A program made the translations under genes and the position numbers. 64,000 bases of DNA from a virus: positions 32,001 to 96,000 of IMG/VR virus record IMGVR_UViG_3300035698_012088; one strand, written 5' to 3'. Under the pieces are notes generated by a model, which saw only the letters and a list, made by a program, of their open reading frames with translations, had not been told where the DNA came from and did not search any database. This document shows positions 46,959 to 56,708 of the stretch, piece by piece (position 1 is the first letter of the stretch; each line of letters begins with the position of its first letter).

Positions 46959-49004
46959 TTGATTCCAGTAGAGTTACAGGTGACCAACCTATGTCAGTAT
47001 AAAAAGTATAACCTTAAATATAAACCAGGGATCACCGGCATTGTAGGCAATAATGGAAAAGGCAAATCCAATCTCTTAGACGCAGCTCAGTTCTTTGCTA
47101 TCACGGGGTTAACACCTCCTAAGTACACAAAGTCTGAGTTGTTGAGATGGAAGAGTAACTCCGGACATACAGTGTTTAAGTTCCTACACAACAATATCAA
47201 CTATAGATTATCTAGAAATATCCACGACTCCAAAACAGTCTTATCTTGGAAAGACTCCAAAGGTAACTCCCAAAGTATTAAGAAACTGGCTGAAGTGAAT
47301 GATGAGATGGAAAAGATCTTAGGCATGAACTTCACTATTTTTAGAGAGACTTGTTTTGTAGGTCAGGGGTATCTGTCTAATATTGTAGATATGGCTCATT
47401 CCCCAAGGATGGCCTATTTCCAGAAGATCAGCAATGTAGCTAAAGCAGAGACTATTAGAAGCTCTCTACAAGGCTACTTAAATAAGATGGTAGTGTATCC
47501 AGATAGAACTGCAGATATAGCTGAATTGAGAGACATAGTAGATCAGAGTAAAATTAGACATAGTAGTAATTTATTAGCCATAAAAGAATTAGAGATAGAA
47601 TTAGATAGATTTAATGAGATCCTTCCTATGGCAAAAGATGCTATAAAAGGAACTACAGAGAAAGAATATAAAACTAAGATAAAAGATATAGATAGAAAGA
47701 TAGATGCAGTAGAAAAAGAGATGAAAGGGTTACAGAATAAAATAAGAAGACTTAAGATTTCAGAAGTAACTCCATTGACTGAAGAAGAAATAAAGCTAAA
47801 GCAAAAGTTAATAGAGAAAGAGAGTATAGAAAAAGCACTTAAAAAAGAACAAATAGATTTAGCTAAACATATGACAACAAAACCTGAAGTTAGCGAAGAT
47901 GAAGAAAAGTTAACAACAGATCTTAAAGAGGTAAAAGATCAATTAAGGGTCTTAAACTTAAAAACAAAGGCATCAGAAGATGGCACATGTCCTGTTTGTG
48001 AATCCAATTATAATACACCTACCTCGGCGTTCAGTAAAGATCTCGACTTCTGGGCAACTGCGCTCAGGGAAATGGAAGGGCGTAGGGAACACTTTGACAC
48101 TAGTTCCAAACTATTATCAAAGTGGAGTTATATCAAGGAAGACTTTAATAGACGTTGCGGGGATCTCTTGCAAAGAAGTAGAGAAATCACTCCTAAAGGA
48201 GGAAAAGCTTTTACAAGAGAGGAACTCAATACAAGAGAAGAAGCCTTAAGCAGCTACTTAGATAAACTTAAGCAGAAGCAAGAGATCAACTTAAAAGTAA
48301 ATAAAAAGAGAGTAGCATTAACTACATATAAGACTGAAAAGGTAATGGCTGAAAAGGAAACTTTTTTCCCAGAGGCTTTGAGAAAATCTGCAGAGATACA
48401 AATAGATACACATCAAAAATATGAAGATAGAGTAGCAGCTAAACTATTAGAGCAGCAAGAGCTATTAACAAGAGTAGAGGAATGTGAAAAACAGATCCTC
48501 AAGTATATGACTGAACAGACCTTAGCAGACAACATAAAGAAAGTAGAAGCTCTCTTTGAAAGAAGCAAAGAAGTTCTACATAGAGAAAACCTCCCCAAGC
48601 TGGCCATGAGGAGAATGTTATTAGCCCTAAATACTAAACTGGCCTTCTACCTAGAACAATTTCAAACTGTATTCACAGCACAGATAAATGATCAATTTGA
48701 TTTCATCTGTGATTTTGTAAGTTCCAATGACAACAAGAAATCTGCTAGAGCTTTATCTGGTGGACAAAAAGTAGCATTGGCCTTGGCATTCAGGTTTGCT
48801 TTAACAGATGTGCTGAGTTCTTCAGTACCTATACTCATCCTGGACGAACCAACAGTCCATCTTGATGAGGAAAACATCCAATGTGTCAGGAATGTAATTC
48901 TAGAGGTAAGGAGACATACTGAAAAGGGTATGTATGTTCTCATAGCAACACATGAACCCATTTTGTACTCAGCATTTAGCAGAGTAATTGATGTAGGAGT
49001 ATAA
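46959..49004 (+). CDS. sbcC: SbcC/Rad50-like SMC ATPase
   Basis: GNNGKGKS, Q-loop VGQG, Zn hook CPVC, LSGGQ, ILDEPT..LD, ATH. Confidence 0.93.
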   Translation: MIPVELQVTNLCQYKKYNLKYKPGITGIVGNNGKGKSNLLDAAQFFAITGLTPPKYTKSELLRWKSNSGHTVFKFLHNNINYRLSRNIHDSKTVLSWKDSKGNSQSIKKLAEVNDEMEKILGMNFTIFRETCFVGQGYLSNIVDMAHSPRMAYFQKISNVAKAETIRSSLQGYLNKMVVYPDRTADIAELRDIVDQSKIRHSSNLLAIKELEIELDRFNEILPMAKDAIKGTTEKEYKTKIKDIDRKIDAVEKEMKGLQNKIRRLKISEVTPLTEEEIKLKQKLIEKESIEKALKKEQIDLAKHMTTKPEVSEDEEKLTTDLKEVKDQLRVLNLKTKASEDGTCPVCESNYNTPTSAFSKDLDFWATALREMEGRREHFDTSSKLLSKWSYIKEDFNRRCGDLLQRSREITPKGGKAFTREELNTREEALSSYLDKLKQKQEINLKVNKKRVALTTYKTEKVMAEKETFFPEALRKSAEIQIDTHQKYEDRVAAKLLEQQELLTRVEECEKQILKYMTEQTLADNIKKVEALFERSKEVLHRENLPKLAMRRMLLALNTKLAFYLEQFQTVFTAQINDQFDFICDFVSSNDNKKSARALSGGQKVALALAFRFALTDVLSSSVPILILDEPTVHLDEENIQCVRNVILEVRRHTEKGMYVLIATHEPILYSAFSRVIDVGV

Positions 49005-49005
49005 T

Positions 49006-49416
49006 ATGTCATTATCCGTAAAAGAGCAAGAGAGAGTTGATGAGTTCCGAGATGAATTCAATATAGAAGATGTGTTCTCAGAGGAAGAGATCTTAGAAGC
49101 AACTGGGGACATGATCAATAAGGCTAACTGGTCAGACAGCATCATAGATGATTTTAAGGAAGTGATTAGAGGTTTCTTTGAGTGTGATGACCTATATGAT
49201 GAAGAGGTATTGGGAGAGTGGGTTGGAGACAACATGTCCATCACAGAGGTCTTCAGAGATAATAATATTGAAGAAGCTGCATTGAACCTTGGGTTAGTAA
49301 ATAAAGAGGATGGTTTAGAAAATATATTTGATGTAGAAGAAATAGAAGAGTTTGCCAGCAGTGTTTTAAACATGGTAAATCCCTCAGATATAGTGGATGA
49401 CCTGGAGGAAGATTAA
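49006..49416 (+). CDS. Highly acidic repeat protein
   Basis: 43 D/E vs 8 K/R in 136 aa (hand count); four short internal repeats. Confidence 0.7.
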   Translation: MSLSVKEQERVDEFRDEFNIEDVFSEEEILEATGDMINKANWSDSIIDDFKEVIRGFFECDDLYDEEVLGEWVGDNMSITEVFRDNNIEEAALNLGLVNKEDGLENIFDVEEIEEFASSVLNMVNPSDIVDDLEED

Positions 49417-49727
49417 TGAGCTGGAGTAAAGCAGGAGTAGGAGATGAGATACAGAAATCCTATCCTACTATGACATCAGGTATATGGAAGATACGATACT
49501 TTATATATAAACCTTATAATATAGGCACAGTCTGGGTACATGCATTTGAAGTGGAAGCTAATGATAGACATTGGATGACCTTAAAAAAGACTGAAGTGCC
49601 AGGTGGAGACTTAAGGAACTGTGTTCCCTATGTTATAGGTGGCCACCCTGGATTTGAAAGATTTCTAGAAAGAGTAGACAGATATGAAAACTACATGGAT
49701 CTTGAGATTGTTTGTGAAGAACTGTAG
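49416..49727 (+). CDS. Hypothetical protein, tandem paralog family member 1
   Basis: PTM..G.W.I.Y...FERFLERVDRYENY.DLEIVC. Confidence 0.75.
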   Translation: MSWSKAGVGDEIQKSYPTMTSGIWKIRYFIYKPYNIGTVWVHAFEVEANDRHWMTLKKTEVPGGDLRNCVPYVIGGHPGFERFLERVDRYENYMDLEIVCEEL

Positions 49728-50037
49728 AGGAACATAATATGAGTTTTAGTATCCTTGGAGCACAGGATAAAACACAAAAGAAAGATCCTACTATGAAAGT
49801 GGGCCCTTGGAGTATTGTGTATGAGATATATCAACAATATAACCGCCCAACTAAATGGAACAGGGCATTTTATGTCTGTTATAAAGGTAATATAAAAAAT
49901 AGATATGATAGAGAAGATATGACTGACTACGGAGTAGAAATCCTTCCTTATCTTTTTGTATCCCGTAAAAAGCTATTTGAAAGATTTCTAGAAAGAGTGG
50001 ACAGATATGAAAACTACACGGATCTTGAAATTGTTTG
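49652..50037 (+). repeat. 63-bp direct repeat (49652-49714 and 49975-50037)
   Basis: 60/63 identical; encodes the shared C-terminal segment of two adjacent genes. Confidence 0.9.
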
Positions 50038-50050
50038 CAGAACATTATAG
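49739..50050 (+). CDS. Hypothetical protein, tandem paralog family member 2
   Basis: Same motifs as 49416..49727. Confidence 0.75.
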   Translation: MSFSILGAQDKTQKKDPTMKVGPWSIVYEIYQQYNRPTKWNRAFYVCYKGNIKNRYDREDMTDYGVEILPYLFVSRKKLFERFLERVDRYENYTDLEIVCRTL

Positions 50051-50058
50051 GAGTAGGA

Positions 50059-50334
50059 ATGAATAAGAAAGACACACCAAAGCTCAGGCTGACTCCTCCC
50101 ACCTTCAAGGTAGGTAAATGGTCAATTAGGTATTCAGCTAGAAAATATAGACAAAGGGCTTTTAGCCTTAATCACCCAAGTCTTAATCATAGATGGGTAA
50201 TTTCTAGAGGTGAGTATAAAAAAGAGTTGTTCCCTTATGAAGTAATGATGGATGAGGGATTTGCAGAATTTCTAAAAAAAGTCAAAGAGTACAATAGAGG
50301 TATGGACCTTAAAGATATTGTACAGGAACTGTAA
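50059..50334 (+). CDS. Hypothetical protein, tandem paralog family member 3
   Basis: PTFKVGKWSIRY...FAEFLKKV...MDL; start moved to ATG with AGGAG RBS. Confidence 0.7.
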   Translation: MNKKDTPKLRLTPPTFKVGKWSIRYSARKYRQRAFSLNHPSLNHRWVISRGEYKKELFPYEVMMDEGFAEFLKKVKEYNRGMDLKDIVQEL

Positions 50335-50418
50335 AGTAGAAGAACGACTTATGACACAAACTAGAGATAATACTACTTAACTTGTCGCACTAGAACAAGT
50401 TAGATACAAAGGACTAAA

Positions 50419-50808
50419 ATGAGTATTACTGTATCAGAAGAGAAACAAAAACTAAGAGAGATGGCAACCAATATGAGGGGTGTAGAACCTGTTCAGCATT
50501 CCCTAGTGACTATGAAAGTAGATTCCCACATATTAACTTATACTCCTTATATAGACTGGACCAAGACACAGTGGGATTCTAAGGCAGGAGAGATGAAATA
50601 CACGTTCTCTACTATATTCACTGTCATATTTTTTAAGAACAAATCTTATGAGTATCGCCCAAAGTGGACCAAAGAGAATTATGAGAAAAGTGAAGGTAAG
50701 TGCCTTCCAGACATCTTTGTAGAACATAAGAGATTCAAATCTTTTATGGAGAGAGTAGATAAGCTCGATAACCTACTGATGTTGCAAGCTACATTCAATG
50801 AAATCTAA
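50419..50808 (+). CDS. Hypothetical protein, tandem paralog family member 4
   Basis: TMKV...FKSFMERVDK.DN.L.L. Confidence 0.7.
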   Translation: MSITVSEEKQKLREMATNMRGVEPVQHSLVTMKVDSHILTYTPYIDWTKTQWDSKAGEMKYTFSTIFTVIFFKNKSYEYRPKWTKENYEKSEGKCLPDIFVEHKRFKSFMERVDKLDNLLMLQATFNEI

Positions 50809-50817
50809 GGAGCTAAA

Positions 50818-51147
50818 ATGCTTAAAGTTGGAGAAATCACAGACTTAGAAGGAGGCGGAGCTAAACTTCAAGTAGAGTTAAATGGAAGGGATGAGCAAGT
50901 TATATTGTACCACGGCATGGAATTATTGGTAGAAGACTATAATAAAACTGCGGACCAGAAGGTTAAGGTATTAATGCCAGAAGACATAGATGCTTTATAC
51001 GGAGATACTGAAAAGCCAAAGATGAAAACTTTTGAGATGGATGAAGAGCTGTACACCAGCTTAATTCAAATCTCACTAGTAGACATTATTACTAACTCTA
51101 TTAAGGAAATGGATAATGAATCTGAATTTGGAGAAGAAGCTGGCTGA
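50818..51147 (+). CDS. Hypothetical acidic protein
   Basis: TAAGGAG RBS; 109 aa. Confidence 0.6.
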   Translation: MLKVGEITDLEGGGAKLQVELNGRDEQVILYHGMELLVEDYNKTADQKVKVLMPEDIDALYGDTEKPKMKTFEMDEELYTSLIQISLVDIITNSIKEMDNESEFGEEAG

Positions 51148-51583
51148 AGAGTTCTCTTTCATGAGACATTATGACTCTTCGTCAAACCCAATTATCGAGC
51201 ATACTCCTTACCCCGCTGCCTGTAATGATGGGTGGTTTGGCCTCATTCATGAGATATGTGCCTTTTTAGAGAAAGAGGCTAAAGAGGTAGAGGTACTTCA
51301 GATCAAGGAGAAATTTGGATACTTATGCTTTTATTTCAGTGCAGAGTCTAAGAGAGATGATATAGACTTATTTGATGAAATAGGCAAGATAGCCAATAGA
51401 TCATCAAAAACCTGTGAATTCTGTGGAGACACTACTACAGCTAAAATAAGAGGTGGTGGTTGGATACAGTGCAAGTGTAATAAATGTCAACATACCCAGT
51501 TAATGGAGAAAGTTACGGGGAGACTAGAAGGCTGTGCAAGAAGAAAAAGAAACTACGGAACAGTTGTGCCAAGTATGTCATGA
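51116..51583 (+). CDS. Conserved-looking phage hypothetical Zn-binding protein
   Basis: GW..LI...QIKEKFG.L.FY...S..TCEFCG...GW....C..C. Confidence 0.7.
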   Translation: MNLNLEKKLAEEFSFMRHYDSSSNPIIEHTPYPAACNDGWFGLIHEICAFLEKEAKEVEVLQIKEKFGYLCFYFSAESKRDDIDLFDEIGKIANRSSKTCEFCGDTTTAKIRGGGWIQCKCNKCQHTQLMEKVTGRLEGCARRKRNYGTVVPSMS

Positions 51584-51791
51584 GAACACCGTAGATCTAC
51601 ATGTTCCTATTGGAGGAGATGAGGTCTCTGGTGTTTGTGAAGACTGCTTAGCACAGATGATGAATCCTAAACCCTATAAGAGAGAATTTAAGAAGATAGG
51701 TAGAAACGATCTTTGTCCTTGGTGTGCCCATGAGGGAGAGTCCAAGAAGTGGAAGAAATGTGCTGAACATCAACATCATTTGGAGAGATAG
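51534..51791 (+). CDS. SEC-C motif Zn-binding protein
   Basis: CQVC...CEDC then KIGRNDLCPWC....SKKWKKC. Confidence 0.75.
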   Translation: MQEEKETTEQLCQVCHENTVDLHVPIGGDEVSGVCEDCLAQMMNPKPYKREFKKIGRNDLCPWCAHEGESKKWKKCAEHQHHLER

Positions 51792-52289
51792 ATGCCAGAG
51801 AAGAATCTGATTGAAGAAAAAGTAAAGATAGACACTGAGACGTTACAACATCTTAACACTATAGTACATAAATGGTTACAGAAGAAGGAATCCAAAGCGT
51901 CCATGAAGAGAGATGTGGATAGTATCTTAGATAAATGGTTTGAGAAGATTGTGTCAAGAGCAATGGGGATAGATGAGTCTTGGTCTAGACCTGAATTAAA
52001 AAAAGATAGCCCTTTGGGGATTCATGTGAATAAACATCTTGATGGACTCATAGATGCCAAACTCACAAAGAAGATGGTTGAAGACGCCATCCCTGATCTT
52101 ACAAAAAACAAAATTAGTAAAGCTATATCTAAATATGTAGGGGATCAGTTTCACTATAAAATAGAACAAAGGGTCAGGGAACGCCTTAATGATAGAATGG
52201 ACGATGAAATAGAGAAAATCTTTGATGAAGTGACAAAAGGTGGAGCCCAGACCTTAGTTGATTTTATAAGTATAAATAAGGAGCTATAG
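51792..52289 (+). CDS. Hypothetical helical protein
   Basis: GGAG RBS; 165 aa. Confidence 0.65.
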   Translation: MPEKNLIEEKVKIDTETLQHLNTIVHKWLQKKESKASMKRDVDSILDKWFEKIVSRAMGIDESWSRPELKKDSPLGIHVNKHLDGLIDAKLTKKMVEDAIPDLTKNKISKAISKYVGDQFHYKIEQRVRERLNDRMDDEIEKIFDEVTKGGAQTLVDFISINKEL

Positions 52290-52296
52290 TACTCCC

Positions 52297-52623
52297 ATGG
52301 AACTAACTCTTCTTGTAGGCCTACCTGGTTCAAAAGGAAAAGTAAAGCAAATAGAGAGGTTCAAAGAAAATGGTTTTACAGTTCTTAAAGAGGGTGATGT
52401 TTTATCTCCGTCAAACAAAACCAAGATATTGGATATAAACCCTTGGTTATGCCTTAAAAGCATATTGAAGAAGAACCTTCATCTATATAATCTCCAGTTC
52501 CCCGGAGTTAGAGTTCATGTTGTATACTGCAAAGATGATACCCCAGATGAAGTACCTTACTTCACTAGACAATTAAAAGAAAGGTATGAGATACCCCAAT
52601 CTCTTATGATTAGAAAAAAATGA
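52297..52623 (+). CDS. Degenerate P-loop kinase-like protein
   Basis: LTLLVGLPGSKGK without canonical GK[ST]; truncated. Confidence 0.45.
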   Translation: MELTLLVGLPGSKGKVKQIERFKENGFTVLKEGDVLSPSNKTKILDINPWLCLKSILKKNLHLYNLQFPGVRVHVVYCKDDTPDEVPYFTRQLKERYEIPQSLMIRKK

Positions 52624-54065
52624 TAACAATAGGTAAGTTTGGACATGTAGTTTCTGTGAATCCTTGGGTTCCTCAATTGGCAGAAGAATTGACCTGCTAT
52701 AGGCAGATCACTACTCCTAATTGGAGATCAAAGTCTGGCTTGGATTTTAGTTATCAAGCAGAACCTTTGTACTCTTTAGAAAAGAGACCTGATGGGGGAA
52801 CCCAAGGATTAGTGTTTGGGGGCCTCTTTGTGAGGCTTGTTAAAAAACTTAAAGAGTTAAATATAAAATATACAGTGAAGGACTACCAAGCACCCCTTCC
52901 AGATCCTGACTTTGATAGGCTAGCTAATATGCTAAGACCTAAGCAGAATAAGATCCTGGCTGCAATATGTTCCTCACATAGAGGCGTCATTGTAGCTCCT
53001 CCTGCTATAGGGAAGACATATGTACTAGAGCAACTATGTAGAGTATATAAGAATACTAAGATTCTAATAACCACTCCTAAAAAGGAGGTACTTAGAGATA
53101 TCTATGATAGAGTCACTATTTCAAATCCAAGGAAAAAAGTTATACAAGTACATGCTACTGCGTCTTTTGATCCCGATGCTGATGTTGTAATATGCTCATC
53201 TAAATCGCTTCACAAAGTGCCCCCAGACTGGGCCTCCCTACTTCTATTTGATGAAGTCCATGGAGCAGCAGCACCAAAGATTTCTAAGGTTCTATCTCAG
53301 TTCACAGGCTGTAGGCGATTTGGTTTCACAGCCTCCCCAAGTGGAAGATCAGATGCATCTGAGATATACATTGAGGCCCTATTTGGACCTGTTATATGTG
53401 AGGTTCATTATACCGAGGCTGAGGGCGATAAAACAGTAGCCCCAATAGAAGTAGTTATGCTTGACATGGATAACATAGCAGAGATACAGAAGAAGAACCC
53501 TATAGCTAAAGAGAGGCACAATATCTGGAGAAATAGGACAAGGAATACTTTAATAGCTGATGCTGCACACACCTTTGACAAAGAGGAACAGATTCTCATT
53601 CTGGTGAAGACAATTGAACATGCTTTACATTTGAGATTGATGCTTCCCAACTACACCTTAGTACATGCTGGGATGACACAGGATAGATATGATCAATTCA
53701 ATAAGATGAACCTACTTGAGGTAGATGATCTTCTGAAACCTGACATAGAGCAGTTCAAGAAAGATTTCAGAGATGGGGATCTAAGACATGTAATAGCCAC
53801 TATGTGCTGGAGAGAAGGGATTGATTTCCCAGACCTTAGTATTCTGATTAGAGCAGATGGATTAGCAGGAGCTATCCCCGCTATTCAGATAGGTGGAAGA
53901 CTATCTAGAGTGTCTAATGGTAAAAAAGAAAAGGGACTTATAATTGACTTCAATGATAAATTTAGTGAGACCTTCCTAGCAAGAAGTAAAAAAAGAATGG
54001 CACATTATAAAAAACAAGGGTGGTCAATTAGAAGAACCACAAATATTAAAGGACTAAGTCTCTAA
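52620..54065 (+). CDS. Superfamily 2 helicase (UvsW/ResIII-like)
   Basis: APPAIGKT, FDEVH, GFTASP, EGIDFP, QIGGRLSR. Confidence 0.9.
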   Translation: MITIGKFGHVVSVNPWVPQLAEELTCYRQITTPNWRSKSGLDFSYQAEPLYSLEKRPDGGTQGLVFGGLFVRLVKKLKELNIKYTVKDYQAPLPDPDFDRLANMLRPKQNKILAAICSSHRGVIVAPPAIGKTYVLEQLCRVYKNTKILITTPKKEVLRDIYDRVTISNPRKKVIQVHATASFDPDADVVICSSKSLHKVPPDWASLLLFDEVHGAAAPKISKVLSQFTGCRRFGFTASPSGRSDASEIYIEALFGPVICEVHYTEAEGDKTVAPIEVVMLDMDNIAEIQKKNPIAKERHNIWRNRTRNTLIADAAHTFDKEEQILILVKTIEHALHLRLMLPNYTLVHAGMTQDRYDQFNKMNLLEVDDLLKPDIEQFKKDFRDGDLRHVIATMCWREGIDFPDLSILIRADGLAGAIPAIQIGGRLSRVSNGKKEKGLIIDFNDKFSETFLARSKKRMAHYKKQGWSIRRTTNIKGLSL

Positions 54066-54583
54066 TGAATAAACTTGATGAAATCTTTGAAGCTATCTGT
54101 ATGTACACAGAGAGTGGTTTTATACCTAATAGAAAATATATGGGTAAGAATTATGGGAAATTAGCCAAGAACCTAGAGACTTGGGACTGTTGTGCCTTTG
54201 AGTTCTGTTTCTTCATCTCCTTTTTCAAGAGAGGTGTGGCTCACCAAGGACCGTATAGGCTGAAGTTCACAAACATGTTGAATGCTGAGTCTACTTGGAA
54301 AGAGTACATTAAGTTCTCTAAAACAAGATCTACTCAGATCAAGACCCTAGCTAAGTTAGCAGAAGAGACTTTTGAAAATAATGTAAAGGTATACAATGAT
54401 GTGTCCTTTGTGTTGCATAGCATAGCAGTTCCCTTGAACTCTGTGTTTAGGGTAGAGTATGCCTTGAAGCATAAGCTACAGGATATTGTAGATGAGTATA
54501 TCCATACAGTGGAATACATTGTAATGGGATGCCCCGAGTATCTAAAATATTGTCCTTTAGTAAAGGAGTATTTAATTGATTAG
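54065..54583 (+). CDS. Hypothetical protein between the helicases
   Basis: TAATG coupling; 172 aa. Confidence 0.6.
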   Translation: MNKLDEIFEAICMYTESGFIPNRKYMGKNYGKLAKNLETWDCCAFEFCFFISFFKRGVAHQGPYRLKFTNMLNAESTWKEYIKFSKTRSTQIKTLAKLAEETFENNVKVYNDVSFVLHSIAVPLNSVFRVEYALKHKLQDIVDEYIHTVEYIVMGCPEYLKYCPLVKEYLID

Positions 54584-54591
54584 GAGTCTAT

Positions 54592-56088
54592 ATGACAGAA
54601 ATTACAAGAGACCTTCCTGTACTTGAGGAGGGTGTGGAAACACAAGCAGATTATATAAAGAAAAGTACTATACTAAAACATTTATTGAGACTCCCTGGTA
54701 CAGTAGAGGCAGTCCACCCAAGAATAAAGAAATACAAGATATTTGAGGATCACCTTGACCTAGAGCTTATCTGGGGAAGCATGTCTGACTTCTATGAAAC
54801 AGCAAAGGTGAGGGTATTTAAGCCCCAAGCCTTGAAGACTGATCTAGACCTGAAGCTACTGGTAGAAGATAAAGAAACAGGAGTGCATACCCGTGCACTT
54901 TTAGATTCGTGGTTCAAGATTCCAGTAGAAGAGTTCTCAGAAGATCTGTTGCAGATACTTTTGAAACAAGTCTTTGAAGAATACATCTCTGTAGATATAC
55001 AAGAGAAATTAGCTGAAGGAACCTGTGATGTCAATGAACTCCTAGAGTCATCCAGGATGTCTTTGATGGATCCTTTACAGCTTCCTCCAGATGAAAACCC
55101 TTTTGATGGAGAACCCTTAGAATCCCTACAGGCAGCTGAGAGACAACCTCTTGGAATGCCTTTTATAGACCAAGCTCTTGATGGTGGATACATACCTGGG
55201 GAGCTAATAGGCTTTGTGATGCCTACAGGGGGTGGTAAGACCACTATAGTGTGGCAAGGCGTACATGAGTGCATAAAGAAGGGTAAAGACGTTGTAGTGG
55301 CCTCTTTTGAGCAACCACTGAAGGGTGATCTTGCTTTAAGAGCCCATGTCTTGGCTTCAGCCTCTACAAGAGGAGACTGGAATGAGACAAACCTGAGGAA
55401 CATTAAACCTGATGTATTACAGAGATATAGGGACTCTAGAGCAGCATGGAAGAAGCATTTACATTTCTTTTCATGGGTAGATGCTAGACAGCCCTTCAAC
55501 TCCCCTTATGACATTTTTAGAGCAATAGATGGACTAATCTCTAAAGGTAAGAAGCCTGAGGTATTGTTCATAGACTGGTGGGGAGCAATGAAACTTAAGC
55601 TATTTGCCTACAATCCTACAGCATCAGATTTCATGAGAAGAGCGCAACAACAGATGTGGTTACTTGAGCTTAAGGGCTTGGCTACTGCATATAACCTACC
55701 TATATTTGTGTTCCATCAATTAGCTGGAGCTGTAGCTGGAGTAGATAAAATAGCTAGTGCTCATGACGCCCAAGAAGACAAAAACTTTGCGAACATGTTG
55801 GATTTCTGCTTTGTTTCCACTAGGAAGGATAGTGAAGGCACTGTGACTTTTAGACTAGATAAAGCTAGAGCAGCAGATAATACAACTGTTGAGGTCATCC
55901 TTGATGGGGCTAGATGTATGTTCAGAGGTGCTGGACCAGACCATAACACAATCTTACTGAGGGAAGAGATTCCAGAAGAAGTAAATGAAGAAATCCCTGA
56001 TACGCCTCTTGATCTACCTCCTATTGCAGAAGCAGGGTTTTTATTTGATGAAGGTGTTGGGGGAGCATATGACATAGAAGAAGAATGA
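54592..56088 (+). CDS. DnaB-like (SF4) replicative helicase
   Basis: IDQALDGG..PGEL...MPTGGGKT, SFE, LFIDW, FHQL, LDKAR; acidic tail. Confidence 0.82.
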   Translation: MTEITRDLPVLEEGVETQADYIKKSTILKHLLRLPGTVEAVHPRIKKYKIFEDHLDLELIWGSMSDFYETAKVRVFKPQALKTDLDLKLLVEDKETGVHTRALLDSWFKIPVEEFSEDLLQILLKQVFEEYISVDIQEKLAEGTCDVNELLESSRMSLMDPLQLPPDENPFDGEPLESLQAAERQPLGMPFIDQALDGGYIPGELIGFVMPTGGGKTTIVWQGVHECIKKGKDVVVASFEQPLKGDLALRAHVLASASTRGDWNETNLRNIKPDVLQRYRDSRAAWKKHLHFFSWVDARQPFNSPYDIFRAIDGLISKGKKPEVLFIDWWGAMKLKLFAYNPTASDFMRRAQQQMWLLELKGLATAYNLPIFVFHQLAGAVAGVDKIASAHDAQEDKNFANMLDFCFVSTRKDSEGTVTFRLDKARAADNTTVEVILDGARCMFRGAGPDHNTILLREEIPEEVNEEIPDTPLDLPPIAEAGFLFDEGVGGAYDIEEE

Positions 56089-56241
56089 GACTCAAACACT
56101 GGAATGAACGAAGTGAATGGAATGGAGCTGCTGAAAGCGGCGACTCTTCTCTTCTCCCTAACGACTAAAATGATGAAGCGATCCCAAGAGAGCTGAAGAA
56201 CCTTTTTAGGAGTTAATAGCTTATTAGCTCTTTAACTCTAG

Positions 56242-56345
56242 GATACCCGCAAATCCAGGGTATCTTAACATACCCCGGAATCCAGGGTATGGGAACCGCA
56301 AATCCAGGGTATGACATTCTACCATACCTACAAATCCAGGGTATG
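56242..56345. repeat. Four 23-bp iteron-like repeats, candidate replication origin
   Basis: Core AATCCAGGGTAT at 56252, 56279, 56301, 56333; three copies have ATACC...GGTAT dyad symmetry; AT-rich tract follows. Confidence 0.75.
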
Positions 56346-56432
56346 GGATTCTTTAACATTTTCTAATTCCTATCTACCAACCCCTTATGACTATTCCTGT
56401 GATTATTTTAGGATAATTGTGTTTAAAAGGTG

Positions 56433-56461
56433 TTGTGTTTAGATATCTACCCCTGTATATT
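56433..56461 (+). promoter_or_regulatory. Sigma70-like promoter for the HTH-rep unit
   Basis: TTGTGT-17 bp-TATATT. Confidence 0.4.
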
Positions 56462-56491
56462 GATTAGTAGAACAACATAAGGAGACAAGAG

Positions 56492-56656
56492 ATGAAACAA
56501 AGAGTAAACTGGCTGAAACCCCAAGAAGTCGCAGATGCTTTAGGAGTAACTAAGAGAACAGTGTATGCCTGGATAGCAGAAGGGAAGATCAGGTACAAGA
56601 CTATTGGGAAGACATACCGGCTCCCTGATACTGTTTTGATGGACGATGTGGAATAG
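56492..56656 (+). CDS. Small MerR/excisionase-type HTH DNA-binding protein (54 aa)
   Basis: Not in ORF track; TAAGGAG RBS; WLKPQEVADALGVTKRTVYAWIAEGKI....IGKTYRLP. Confidence 0.88.
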   Translation: MKQRVNWLKPQEVADALGVTKRTVYAWIAEGKIRYKTIGKTYRLPDTVLMDDVE

Positions 56657-56660
56657 ATAT

Positions 56661-56691
56661 AACAAAATAAAACCCCCTGGGCTAGAGGGGG
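56661..56691 (-). terminator. Rho-independent terminator on the minus strand
   Basis: Minus strand CCCCCT-ctagccc-AGGGGG followed by TTTTATTTTGTT. Confidence 0.6.
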
Positions 56692-56708
56692 CTTAAAGGA
56701 ACTGAACA

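Noticed and set aside
51534-52289. Read-through fusion across TAG-ATG at 51789-51794
   Set aside because: The downstream gene has its own GGAG RBS and the SEC-C motif is normally C-terminal
56242-56345. Mini CRISPR array
   Set aside because: Units are nearly adjacent (0-9 nt apart) with no spacer-sized unique sequence and no cas genes; fits iterons better
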